From the NCBI GenBank assembly GCA_964597575.1, contig CAZQXB010000001.1, forward strand, positions 704,595 to 768,594: a stretch of DNA of 64,000 nt, in the 5' to 3' direction. The notes under the pieces are model-generated. The model was given only the letters and a program-made list of their open reading frames with translations, had not been told where the DNA came from and made no database searches. The translations under genes were made by a program, and so were the position numbers. Positions 55,101 through 64,000 of the stretch are shown here, piece by piece (positions within the stretch are counted from its first letter, which is position 1; the number at the start of each line of letters is the position of its first letter). Source of the DNA: an uncultured Gammaproteobacteria bacterium. Lineage in GTDB: Bacteria; Patescibacteriota; Patescibacteriia; Magasanikbacterales; UBA922.

Positions 55101-55994
55101 CTACTTACGCGACTGAACACGAAGACCATTTTTATCAATTGTTACCATAATATCACCTTGGGTGTCGGTACGCCAGATCATGCTTTTAAACCGATCGAGT
55201 CGACGAAGCACCCGGGGTGAAGGGTGCCCATAGGTATTTTCGACACCAGAAGAAATAATACTATGCTTCGGCTGTACCGCTTTCATAAAAAGATCGCTTG
55301 TTGAGCCCGGGCTCCCATGATGCCCGACTTTAAGTACGTCAGCCCGAAGTGAAGAGGAGGCGGTTCTCAATAAATACTTCTCGAGCTCATCTTCGGCGTC
55401 CCCCGTCATAAGAATCCTATGATCAGAGGCCGTCAGACGAAATACAATGGAACCATTATTCGAGCCCGTATCTTTGGTAAACGAGGGAACCCTGTTATCT
55501 GCCGCAAGGGCATGATTCGGGTACAGCCATTCAAACCCTACCCCAAACATCTGTTCTGTACCTGTGGCCAGGCGTATGGTGTGCAACGCCCCCTCACTTT
55601 TTATTCTTGATAAAAAATATTGCCATACCGGATCATTTGTTTTCGTGTCTCCATTCGTCATAACCGCATGAACAACAAATTTATTCAAAACATCCGTACA
55701 CCCTCCGTAGTGATCAAGGTCCGGATGCGTTACCAAAAGAAGGTCAATTTCTCGGTCAAAATACTGTTTCGCGCGCCCTAAAGCCTCAAGTACTTTGGCG
55801 TCTTTGCCACAATCGACGAGCATGTTTTTACCACCTTCAAAGGTGAAGTAGGTACTGTCTCCTTGGCCAATATCTAAAAACACCGCTCGCACTTCTCCAC
55901 TTCCTACAAGGGGAAATCGCTTTTTCTCGAACCAATACCAACTAAGCACCAAAGCGAGAAGGATAAGGGAAACAATGATCCAATTCTTTTTCAT
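55101..55994 (-). CDS. comEC: ComEC C-terminal metallo-beta-lactamase domain protein (separate ORF)
   Basis: LDIGQGDS...LVDCG and KVGHHGS motifs of the ComEC MBL domain, with an N-terminal TM. The start overlaps the upstream ORF by 4 nt. Confidence 0.75.
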   Translation of the reverse strand: MKKNWIIVSLILLALVLSWYWFEKKRFPLVGSGEVRAVFLDIGQGDSTYFTFEGGKNMLVDCGKDAKVLEALGRAKQYFDREIDLLLVTHPDLDHYGGCTDVLNKFVVHAVMTNGDTKTNDPVWQYFLSRIKSEGALHTIRLATGTEQMFGVGFEWLYPNHALAADNRVPSFTKDTGSNNGSIVFRLTASDHRILMTGDAEDELEKYLLRTASSSLRADVLKVGHHGSPGSTSDLFMKAVQPKHSIISSGVENTYGHPSPRVLRRLDRFKSMIWRTDTQGDIMVTIDKNGLRVQSRK

Positions 55995-57496
55995 AGTCTA
56001 TTTTTCTCTTTCTTTTTTAGAAGAAAAAACCACACAAGGACACCGTAACCTATAGCCGGCATGAATATTGGAACGCTCAACTCAACACTCGCATAAGGAA
56101 TGTGAGCAAAAAAGGTAACAACCGCAACCGTTATTTTCATAACCGCATACGAAATAAATCCGAGAAAAAGCCCGAGCGATGGAGAGAAGATACTTAAAAA
56201 AACGGCAAAGGCACTCAGCCCCATAATAAGAGGTACGAGGGGTCCGACGAGCGCATTTACAATCGGTGCCACAAGCGATGTTGTTCCAAATTGGTATAAC
56301 CCATAGGGCAAAGTCCACAAAATCGCAGAAAGCGTTACCCCGAATATTTCTTGGAGTTTTAATTTATCTGGAACAAAAGAAAGTTTTTCCTTCATCCACG
56401 GAGTAGCGTAGATAATTCCAATGGTGGCCAAAAAAGAAAGGATAAACCCGGGGTCATAGAGAAGCATGTGCGGCCGGAAAAAAACCATTGTCGCGGCTGT
56501 TGCCCCAAGCACGTTTTTCATCGCCCTCCCTCGCCCGAGCCACTCTGACAAAAAAACAATTCCCGCCATAATGCCAGCACGAACAACTGAGGCTGAGGCT
56601 CCTGTAAAAATCACAAAGCAAAGAACCCCAAGAGCCACGATAATAAGGGCTCTCGGACGACGAATCCGAAACCTAAAACAACACGATAAAATTGCACCCG
56701 CGAGAATCACAATATTTTGCCCGGAAACCGCAACTAAATGAGTGATACCAGTTTGGCGAAACATAGGGTCTAAACTTCCAAGCCCCCCGCGATAACCGTA
56801 TAAAAGTCCTGCTACGAATCCAGCGTATGGCTCGGGCCAAATAAAAGCGATTTTCTTGGCCACAAACTCTTTTACCTGAAAAAGATACCGAAATACTCCC
56901 CCTCCTCGTTTCGTATCAAGAACAGTAATCTGTGGCCAGGTGCAGGTTACGAAAATATCTTGACTGGCGAGATACAAATCGTATCGAAACCCTTCTTCTG
57001 ATTGCGGTTTCTTGAGTGTACAGTGGACCGACAGATGCTCCCCGTAGGCATGTGGCGGATACGGGAAAGTGGTAAATTGTACATTTCCATGCACGGGAAC
57101 CGTTTTTTTATTATACGTAATCCGTGCTCCGCCCAGCGTATACCTCGTATAGGAAATACGTTTATCCGGTTCTTTGTTTAGCACCCCAGTTATGGTCACT
57201 TCTTTTGAAAGATATGACACAATATGGGTTTGATCACTCATGTCCGGAGTTGCTCCGAGAACACGAAGAACGGCTAGAAGAATAATCCAACACACGAGAA
57301 GAATGAAACGATGCAGCCGATTATTCCAAAAGAAAAAAAGTAAAATTCCCGAACCCCACCACAGTGCATAGAGGGAATTCCAAGAAAACTTTGGACCAAG
57401 AAGCGCCACTGCGGTCGCCACAAGAAAAACAAGACAACACGCAAAAAACGTGTTGCCTTTAGAATGCATTATGTTGTGTAGCCACCGTCCCTCCAT
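55991..57496 (-). CDS. comEC: ComEC/Rec2 membrane channel portion (DUF4131 + competence domain)
   Basis: TGITHLVAVSGQNIVILAGAI competence-domain signature and about 10 TM helices. Confidence 0.8.
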   Translation of the reverse strand: MEGRWLHNIMHSKGNTFFACCLVFLVATAVALLGPKFSWNSLYALWWGSGILLFFFWNNRLHRFILLVCWIILLAVLRVLGATPDMSDQTHIVSYLSKEVTITGVLNKEPDKRISYTRYTLGGARITYNKKTVPVHGNVQFTTFPYPPHAYGEHLSVHCTLKKPQSEEGFRYDLYLASQDIFVTCTWPQITVLDTKRGGGVFRYLFQVKEFVAKKIAFIWPEPYAGFVAGLLYGYRGGLGSLDPMFRQTGITHLVAVSGQNIVILAGAILSCCFRFRIRRPRALIIVALGVLCFVIFTGASASVVRAGIMAGIVFLSEWLGRGRAMKNVLGATAATMVFFRPHMLLYDPGFILSFLATIGIIYATPWMKEKLSFVPDKLKLQEIFGVTLSAILWTLPYGLYQFGTTSLVAPIVNALVGPLVPLIMGLSAFAVFLSIFSPSLGLFLGFISYAVMKITVAVVTFFAHIPYASVELSVPIFMPAIGYGVLVWFFLLKKKEKNRL

Positions 57497-57508
57497 ACGG
57501 CGTGAATT

Positions 57509-60052
57509 CTACATCACGATACTTACCAGCTTTCCTTTAATATAAATGACTTTTTTCGGAGTATTTCCTTGAAGATACCCTTGCACTTTTTCTTCTTTAA
57601 GAGCACTAGCGGTCGCCTCTTCTTCAGAAACATCTGCCGGAAGTTCAATAGTGTGACGAAGTTTCCCATTAATCTGAATAGCGATCGTAACCGTATTCGC
57701 CACCAATTTTTTCGGGTCAAATGATGGCCAAGCACTAAGAGCAACACTCCCCGCCCCACCAAGCACTTGCCACAATTCTTCTGCGATGTGTGGCGCAAGT
57801 GGTGACACGGCTTTTACAATCATCTCGTATTGCGCCTTGCCTACCTGTTTTTGTTTCGTCGCTTCGTTTACCCAAATGGTTATTTGAGACACCGCTGTAT
57901 TAAAGCGCATCGCATCAATATCTTCGCCCACTTTTTTCACGGTTTCGTGTGTCACCTGCTCAAGCGATTCTACCGATTCTTTTGCGACCACATCTTGCAG
58001 CTTCCACAAGCGCTCTAACATGCGGCGAATACCAATAAGCCCGTTGGTGTCCCACTCCACAGCCTGGTCAAATGGCCCCATGAATAAAATATAGGCACGA
58101 AGGGCATCTGCCCCAAACTGTTCAACCATTTCATCCGGGTTCACCACATTGCCCTTACTTTTACTCATCTTCTCTCCGCCTTTGGCTAAAATCATTCCAT
58201 GCGATGTGCGGCGTTTGTATGGCTCCCGTGTAGGAACAACCCCAATATCAAACAAAAACTGATTCCAAAATCGGGAATAGAGTAAGTGAAGCACCGTGTG
58301 TTCCATGCCTCCGTTATACCAATCCACCGGAGCCCAATACTTTAACGCTTCTTTTGAAGCGAGCGCTGAATCATTTTTGGGATCCATGTAGCGAAGGAAA
58401 TACCAACTTGACCCTGCCCAGTTTGGCATGGTATCGGTTTCACGACGAGCAGCTCCGCCACAATGAGGGCAAGTGGTATTCACCCACTCGGTCATAGCCG
58501 CAAGCGGTGATTCCCCAGTATCTGTTGGTTGATATTTTTCTACTTCAGGCAACGTAAGAGGAAGATCAGAGTCGTCAAGAGCAATCCAGCCAGGATTTAT
58601 TTCTTCGCCTTTATTTTGAAATTGCTTTTTTTCAGCACAAGACGCACAGAACACCAGTGGGATGGGTTCACCCCAATACCGTTGACGGGAAAAAACCCAA
58701 TCACGTAACTTATAATTGACCTTATATTTTCCGATGCTTTTTTCTTCAAGCCATGTAATCATTTTTTTCTGTGCCTCAATAACCTCAAGATCATTGAGGA
58801 ATTCGGAGTTAGCGCATATACCGTCTCCTTCATAGCACATACCCGTACCATCACTCACACCTTTCATTCTACTTTCAATTTGACTGATGTTTTCCTTGTT
58901 ATATTTAATTATAACTGGCTTTCCATCAGCACCGAGGTGGTAAAATTCAAGGGGAAAAACAACGTATTTGATGGGCAAATTAAATTTCTTTGCAAACTCA
59001 AAATCACGCTCATCGTGCGCGGGCACCGCCATAATGGCACCAGTTCCCACATCCCCCATCACATAGTTCGTAATCCACACGGGAATTTCTTCATTCGTTA
59101 CCGGATGAAGTGCTGTGATTCCAGCGGGTACGCCTGTTTTTTCAGGCTCTGCCTCGCGAGCACTCACCCGTTCAGCAAGAGCTTTTTCCACATATTGTTT
59201 TACGTCATCGTCTGCTTTCCAGCCTACATCAAGCCATTTTTTCGCAAGCTCTGGCGCAACAGCTAAAAAGGTTACGCCAAAAAGAGTATCCGGGCGTGTA
59301 GTAAAAACAGTAACCGTATGTTTTTCATCCTGCCCCGGAACCCGAAGGGTAAAAACAATTTCTGCACCCTCACTTTTACCAATCCAATTTTCCTGCTGCA
59401 CCTTGGCTCGCTCAATATAATCAACATCTTTCAAACCCTCGACAAGTGAATCAGCATATTTCGTAATACCGAGCATCCACTGTTCTTTGTCGCGCTTTTC
59501 AACAGGCGTGCCGCAGCGTTCACAACCGCCATTCACCACTTCTTCATTCGCTAATCCAATTTTATCCTTAGGGCACCAATTAATGGGCTGATTCTTTTTA
59601 TACGCCAACCCGTGTTTAAACAGTTGCAGAAAAATCCATTGCGTCCACTTATAATATGTGGGGTCAGTGGTATCAACGGTACGAGACCAATCAAACCCAA
59701 AACCAAGCGACTTCAGCTGCCTCGTAAAGGTGGCAATATTTTCAGCCGTTACGTCAGCCGGTGCGCGACCTGTTTTAATCGCAAAATTTTCTGTTGGGAG
59801 ACCAAACGCATCAAACCCAATCGGAAACAGCGCATTGTACCCCTCCATACGTTTTTTGCGCGTAATCACATCCATGGCCGTGTAGGATCGTGGATGCCCT
59901 ACATGAAGCCCGGCGCCCGATGGGTAAGGAAACTCAATTAAGCCATAAAATTTTGGCTTTTTGGAATTCGTATCAACTTCAAATGTTTTTTCCTTTTCCC
60001 AAAATGCCTGCCATTTTGGTTCAATATCTTTCGGGTTATAGGCCTGAGTCAT
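57509..60052 (-). CDS. leuS: leucyl-tRNA synthetase
   Basis: HVGHPRSY (HIGH), KMSKSKGN, and CP1 editing domain. Confidence 0.9.
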   Translation of the reverse strand: MTQAYNPKDIEPKWQAFWEKEKTFEVDTNSKKPKFYGLIEFPYPSGAGLHVGHPRSYTAMDVITRKKRMEGYNALFPIGFDAFGLPTENFAIKTGRAPADVTAENIATFTRQLKSLGFGFDWSRTVDTTDPTYYKWTQWIFLQLFKHGLAYKKNQPINWCPKDKIGLANEEVVNGGCERCGTPVEKRDKEQWMLGITKYADSLVEGLKDVDYIERAKVQQENWIGKSEGAEIVFTLRVPGQDEKHTVTVFTTRPDTLFGVTFLAVAPELAKKWLDVGWKADDDVKQYVEKALAERVSAREAEPEKTGVPAGITALHPVTNEEIPVWITNYVMGDVGTGAIMAVPAHDERDFEFAKKFNLPIKYVVFPLEFYHLGADGKPVIIKYNKENISQIESRMKGVSDGTGMCYEGDGICANSEFLNDLEVIEAQKKMITWLEEKSIGKYKVNYKLRDWVFSRQRYWGEPIPLVFCASCAEKKQFQNKGEEINPGWIALDDSDLPLTLPEVEKYQPTDTGESPLAAMTEWVNTTCPHCGGAARRETDTMPNWAGSSWYFLRYMDPKNDSALASKEALKYWAPVDWYNGGMEHTVLHLLYSRFWNQFLFDIGVVPTREPYKRRTSHGMILAKGGEKMSKSKGNVVNPDEMVEQFGADALRAYILFMGPFDQAVEWDTNGLIGIRRMLERLWKLQDVVAKESVESLEQVTHETVKKVGEDIDAMRFNTAVSQITIWVNEATKQKQVGKAQYEMIVKAVSPLAPHIAEELWQVLGGAGSVALSAWPSFDPKKLVANTVTIAIQINGKLRHTIELPADVSEEEATASALKEEKVQGYLQGNTPKKVIYIKGKLVSIVM

Positions 60053-60098
60053 AGAGAGGTAAAAGTCTCCCTTATCCTACGCAACAATGCCCAAAAAA

Positions 60099-60521
60099 TC
60101 AAGCGGCAGAGCTCTTTTTTGACTTCCTTGCAAGGAGAGAGACCGTAATGGTGGCCCCAATGGTTCCATACACTAAGTCAGCCATGGTGTCGGCCACTGT
60201 CCCCTGAAATGACACTCGGGTAAGGATCGTTACGGCATACTCATACCATTCCCAAAAAACAGCCACGGATAAAGTTATGAGCACAATAAGACCTGCTTCA
60301 AGCGCAAACGAGCGAATGGAGAGAAACTTTTTCTTTTTTGCAGCTTGGAGAAGGTAGTACACCGACATGGCTATACTTACCCCGCCTAACACATGCATCG
60401 GCACATCAAACGAAGGGAAGTACGAGTACACATCAAAGAGAAGAATCGTTGCTATCTGAAAGAGGTACACGAGACCCGGAAAAAACAAAGCATGGATGAA
60501 CATTCGCGCCCAAAAGGTCAT
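60099..60521 (-). CDS. small polytopic membrane protein (VanZ-like?)
   Basis: 140 aa with four hydrophobic helices. Confidence 0.4.
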   Translation of the reverse strand: MTFWARMFIHALFFPGLVYLFQIATILLFDVYSYFPSFDVPMHVLGGVSIAMSVYYLLQAAKKKKFLSIRSFALEAGLIVLITLSVAVFWEWYEYAVTILTRVSFQGTVADTMADLVYGTIGATITVSLLARKSKKSSAA

Positions 60522-60529
60522 AGAGTATG

Positions 60530-61594
60530 TTAACGACGAGGTGTCGGATTTTTTGGAGCACTTCCCATGTTTTTATACACATCATTGCGGCGAGATCGAC
60601 GAATAAGAATCCAAGCAATAATGAATACCACGAGGGCAACAGGTAAGTACACCACCGCCCAAATGAGTGCATCACCAATTGATTTTCCCACTCCGAGCAA
60701 ACTACGAAGAGCATCTTTAAAGGCTACGGCTGGCTTCCACTCATCACCCTCATCAACAACGGGAACATTTTCTGGCTTGGTCGTAAGGTTTACGGTGATC
60801 GTTGATTTTGCTGAAGACTGTTGCAAATATTTTGTACGACCTTCCAAACGATCAATTTGGGAACGAACATTGCCGAGTTCACGTTGCACCTCAAGTACAT
60901 CCTGAATTTTCTCAGCCCGTTTCATAATTTCCAAATACTGCGCTTCCGTCGCACGGTAATTTTTTAACTGTGCCTGAATATCCACATACTCTTCCGTAAC
61001 GTCTTGGGCATTCACCTGTTGGCTTTCCACTTCGCCAACTTGTTTTAGTGCGCTTAACGATTCTTCGAACTTATCACTTGGTACTCGCACGGTTACTGAG
61101 CCCACAAAACTTACCACTTCTCGTGCCTGGTACATGTAATTATTTTTGCTCACATTCCGATTTACCTCTTCGCCCCCACGAGTTTTTATTAAACCTACAA
61201 TGTCATCAATCGCTTTCGGTACATCCGCAACGGCAAGCGACATGTAGCCGGTTTTAATAATGAGTGGTTGATCAGGAATAAATTCTTCCCCACCACCAGT
61301 TTGGAAACCAGGAGGAGGAGTTGGCGCAGGCACAATTGGGCGACCAATCATTGCTTTTGAATCCATGGCGACCCCCATATACGCAGAGTCCCCGCCCATC
61401 ATAGCAGCTTCAGCTGCCATAGGGGGCACTGCCTGAGGTGCCATTTCTGGGGCACCTGCATTCCGCATCGAAAGAGAATATCCGCCACTCGACCCTGTCG
61501 TTTGCGACATTGCATTATAAAAAGATAAACCTGCCGCGAATCCAACCACGACGATAAGAACGACTGCCCCGAGTATAATATCTTTGCGTTGCAT
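60530..61594 (-). CDS. DUF4349-like membrane-anchored coiled-coil protein
   Basis: N-terminal TM, Ala/Met-rich low complexity, a central coiled coil (QAQLKNYRATEAQYLEIMKRAEKIQDVLEVQRELGNVRSQIDRLEGRTKYLQ) and a C-terminal TM. This architecture fits DUF4349. Confidence 0.45.
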   Translation of the reverse strand: MQRKDIILGAVVLIVVVGFAAGLSFYNAMSQTTGSSGGYSLSMRNAGAPEMAPQAVPPMAAEAAMMGGDSAYMGVAMDSKAMIGRPIVPAPTPPPGFQTGGGEEFIPDQPLIIKTGYMSLAVADVPKAIDDIVGLIKTRGGEEVNRNVSKNNYMYQAREVVSFVGSVTVRVPSDKFEESLSALKQVGEVESQQVNAQDVTEEYVDIQAQLKNYRATEAQYLEIMKRAEKIQDVLEVQRELGNVRSQIDRLEGRTKYLQQSSAKSTITVNLTTKPENVPVVDEGDEWKPAVAFKDALRSLLGVGKSIGDALIWAVVYLPVALVVFIIAWILIRRSRRNDVYKNMGSAPKNPTPRR

Positions 61595-61693
61595 AAATAA
61601 AGAAGAAAAGAAGAAGAATGAATATAGTATAGCGTAAAAATGAACAAAAAGAAACCACCGGTTTTAACCGATGGTTTCTTGTGAAGAACACTT

Positions 61694-62020
61694 TTACGCC
61701 GCGTTTTTATCGAGAACTTCTTTAATCTTTTCTTTAGAAACACCACCAACGACTTTATCAACAACTTGGCCGTTTTTGAATACCAAGAATGTTGGAATGC
61801 TCATGACTTGGTATTTTCCTGCGACTTCTTGGTTTTCATCTACGTTCAATTTCCCAATGATGATTTTTGAAGCATCGTATTCTTTCGCAAGTTCTTCGAT
61901 AATCGGGCCCATTTGCTGACATGGCCCACACCATGGTGCCCAAAAATCCACAAATACAGGAACTTTTGATTCAAGAACTTCCTTTTGGAAGGTTGCGTCA
62001 GTAAAATGAAGATCTGCCAT
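61694..62020 (-). CDS. trxA: thioredoxin
   Basis: WAPWCGPC active site. 108 aa from MADLHFTD. Confidence 0.85.
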   Translation of the reverse strand: MADLHFTDATFQKEVLESKVPVFVDFWAPWCGPCQQMGPIIEELAKEYDASKIIIGKLNVDENQEVAGKYQVMSIPTFLVFKNGQVVDKVVGGVSKEKIKEVLDKNAA

Positions 62021-62100
62021 ATACGTTGATATAAAAATGAATGCTGACGTACTATACCACACCTTTCTCGTGAAAGAAAAATAAACGACGTGACTCACAA

Positions 62101-62460
62101 TTACGAAAGGTTCTCGGATGTCTTTCGATACTTTTCTTCCTCAACTCGAATTGCGGCGTCCTTTTTTTCTGTTAAACGGGCAATGTCTTCGTTATACCGA
62201 TCAAAAAATACTGCTTCAGTTTCTTTTGTTATTTCTTCTGGAAGAAGCTTACCGCGCAGAGTAGCTACATTTTCCTGAAGTTCTCTTTGTAGACGATCCG
62301 CTTCGCGCCTAAACAATTCTTCAATTTCGACTACCTCCTTTTGGAGAGCCCCTTCCGTTTCCGCGCTTTCCGCTTGTCGAGGGATAGTAGGAACCTCTCC
62401 TTCAATCGCTTCTCCGCGAAAAACAGGAACTTCCTCCATATTTCGTGCTTCTGGCCCCAT
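62101..62460 (-). CDS. hypothetical Glu-rich coiled-coil protein downstream of infB
   Basis: 119 aa. Not RbfA-like. Confidence 0.35.
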   Translation of the reverse strand: MGPEARNMEEVPVFRGEAIEGEVPTIPRQAESAETEGALQKEVVEIEELFRREADRLQRELQENVATLRGKLLPEEITKETEAVFFDRYNEDIARLTEKKDAAIRVEEEKYRKTSENLS

Positions 62461-62479
62461 ACGTTAAAATGTTTAAGGT

Positions 62480-64000
62480 TTATTGAAAGATAATCTTTCG
62501 TGCTTTTGATTCCTCACTATAACATTCTAGCACATCACCGACCTCAATTTTAACCTTTCCTTCAAAACGAATACCACACTCGCTTCCAGCCGGAACTTCC
62601 TTTTTCTGATCCGCACCAATTTGGCAAGAAACAATCTTTCCCATCCCGACAATTTCTTTGTTGCGCTTTACCCGAGCCAAGGTGTCTTTTTTAATCTTCC
62701 CGTCTTCCACGCGGCCACCCACAGTCATGGCAGTCTTATCAGTACGGAAAATAGCCATGATCTTCAAAATACCGAGTTCCGTAACAATCTTTTCTTGGTC
62801 AAGAAGTTTTTCAAGTTCCACTTTGACCCAGTTAATAAGGTCATAAATGACGTCGTAGCGAGTAAACGCTACATTGTTATCGCGCATCATTTCCTCGGCG
62901 TTTCCCATAGGGTTTACCTTAAACCCGATCACGGTCGCATTTCCGGCCATGGCCTTCTTCACATCATCATCGTTAATGTTACCCAAACCTTTTCCAACCA
63001 CTTTCACGCCAACTTCATCGTGACGAATTTTATCAAGAGAACCAACGATGGCTTCAAGTGACCCAAGTACATCGGCCTTCACAACGATATTTAAGGTCTT
63101 CTTTTTATTTTCATCATCTTCTGAGCTCGACTGTGCAACAACGGTCTGTTCAGCACCAGTTTGGCGGTTTCGTTTTTCCTTAAAGTCAATCATTTTCGCC
63201 CCTTCTGCACGTGATACATCTAAAATATCTCCCACTTCTGGCGCTACTTTAAAACCAATAATCTGTACTGGAACACTTGGACCAGCGGCATCAATATCTT
63301 TTCCACGATGATCTTTCATGGCGCGAACTTTCCCGTAAATTTCTCCATTCACAACCAACTGATCACCCTTATGAAGGGTTCCAGCCTGAACCAACACGGT
63401 CGCTACCGGGCCAGTTCCTTTATCAACCCGAGAATCAATAATAGTTCCAACTGCAGCAATACCAGCGTCAGCTCGAATATTTTCTTCACGCACGTCAGCG
63501 ACGAGTAAAAGGACATCGAGTAATTTATCAATATTCAATTTTTCTTTGGCAGAAATTTCAACACAAGGAACGTCGCCGCCCCATTCTTCTAAAAGAATGT
63601 TCCGGCTAGCGAGCTCACTTTTCACGCGTGCCACATCAGCAGTTGGTTTATCAACCTTGTTAATCGCAACCACAAATGGCAGCTGCGCCGCACGAATAAT
63701 CTGAATTACCTCTTCTGTTTGAGGTTTGACACCGTCGTCTGCGGCCACCACCAAAATCGCGATATCGGCTACTTTTGCCCCTCGACTCCGCATGACTGTA
63801 AAAGCTTCGTGCCCAGGGGTATCGATAAAGGTAAGAGCACGTTCTACTTTTGTTTTTGGATCTTTCCAAATGGTTTGATACGCCCCAATATGTTGAGTAA
63901 TACCACCTGATTCTGTCGCCACGATATTCGTTTCACGAATGGTATCGAGTAATTTCGTTTTTCCATGGTCAACGTGACCCATCACAACGACGACCGGTGA
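62480..64000 (-). CDS. infB: translation initiation factor IF-2 (C-terminal ~500 aa; N-terminus beyond the right edge)
   Basis: G-domain [26 protein letters not shown], and the C-terminal beta-barrels. The frame stays open past 64000. Confidence 0.9.
   Translation of the reverse strand, partial: SPVVVVMGHVDHGKTKLLDTIRETNIVATESGGITQHIGAYQTIWKDPKTKVERALTFIDTPGHEAFTVMRSRGAKVADIAILVVAADDGVKPQTEEVIQIIRAAQLPFVVAINKVDKPTADVARVKSELASRNILLEEWGGDVPCVEISAKEKLNIDKLLDVLLLVADVREENIRADAGIAAVGTIIDSRVDKGTGPVATVLVQAGTLHKGDQLVVNGEIYGKVRAMKDHRGKDIDAAGPSVPVQIIGFKVAPEVGDILDVSRAEGAKMIDFKEKRNRQTGAEQTVVAQSSSEDDENKKKTLNIVVKADVLGSLEAIVGSLDKIRHDEVGVKVVGKGLGNINDDDVKKAMAGNATVIGFKVNPMGNAEEMMRDNNVAFTRYDVIYDLINWVKVELEKLLDQEKIVTELGILKIMAIFRTDKTAMTVGGRVEDGKIKKDTLARVKRNKEIVGMGKIVSCQIGADQKKEVPAGSECGIRFEGKVKIEVGDVLECYSEESKARKIIFQ

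Noticed and set aside
1-64000. CRISPR arrays, IS elements, integrases
   Set aside because: No regularly spaced direct repeats, terminal inverted repeats with transposase, or tyrosine/serine recombinase signatures were seen on either strand.

Overview
This 64 kb window is bacterial chromosome with a background GC of about 44-46% and tightly packed, mostly single-copy housekeeping genes.

Recognisable genes, in order:
- Left end to the first island: alaS (5' end only, minus strand), mnmA, a type IV pilin with PilM and an orphan receiver, cysS, a SWIB-domain protein, dnaX, a secreted C39-like peptidase.
- Between the two islands: tRNA-Gln(CUG), folD, dus, secD-secF, secA.
- After the second island: hpf, murB, mraY, a MurC/Mpl-type ligase, a giant Pro-rich surface protein.
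- Right third: two SAM methyltransferases, an SDR, an Elp3-like radical-SAM/GNAT protein, glyA, tsaE, cls, rarA, a UMP-kinase-like protein, a DUF360 membrane protein.
- Right end: mutY-like, an L,D-transpeptidase, ComEC split into two ORFs, leuS, trxA, and infB (N-terminus runs off the right edge).

The gene content (pilin/PilM/ComEC, Elp3-like, many secreted proteins with thrombospondin-type-3 calcium-binding repeats, a multi-kb adhesin) is compatible with a small-genome bacterium with a Gram-positive-like envelope, possibly of the CPR/Patescibacteria type. That taxonomic guess is inference only.

Five things are worth a second look:
1. A membrane-anchored HerA/VirD4-superfamily P-loop ATPase (7864-10431) carries a roughly 420 aa N-terminal domain of unknown function. 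A stand-alone paralog of that same domain (18913-20349) sits immediately downstream of secDF. This looks like an undescribed translocation or DNA-uptake module next to pilus and competence genes.
2. A non-canonical insert lies in the mur cluster between murB and murC/mpl, within a single plus-strand gene run. It contains an ATP-grasp ligase, an NlpC/P60-like Cys peptidase, an ATE/Bpt-like tRNA-dependent aminoacyl-transferase and a SAM methyltransferase, interleaved with mraY. This is a candidate peptidoglycan stem-peptide modification pathway.
3. SecD carries two tandem parvulin (PpiC) rotamase domains inserted in its periplasmic head.
4. Two high-GC islands (about 14.3-16.2 kb and 26.85-30.42 kb, up to about 65% GC with extreme GC3 bias) interrupt the chromosome. 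The first flanks tRNA-Gln and has a duplicated tRNA 3' end as an att-like footprint. The second encodes a 2H phosphoesterase, a HAD hydrolase and a DUF218-like protein.
5. A GC-rich, hairpin-dense 0.4 kb intergenic segment between secA and secD ends in a plus-oriented intrinsic terminator, although both neighbours are minus-strand. It is a candidate structured ncRNA.

No CRISPR array, transposase or integrase was found in the window.
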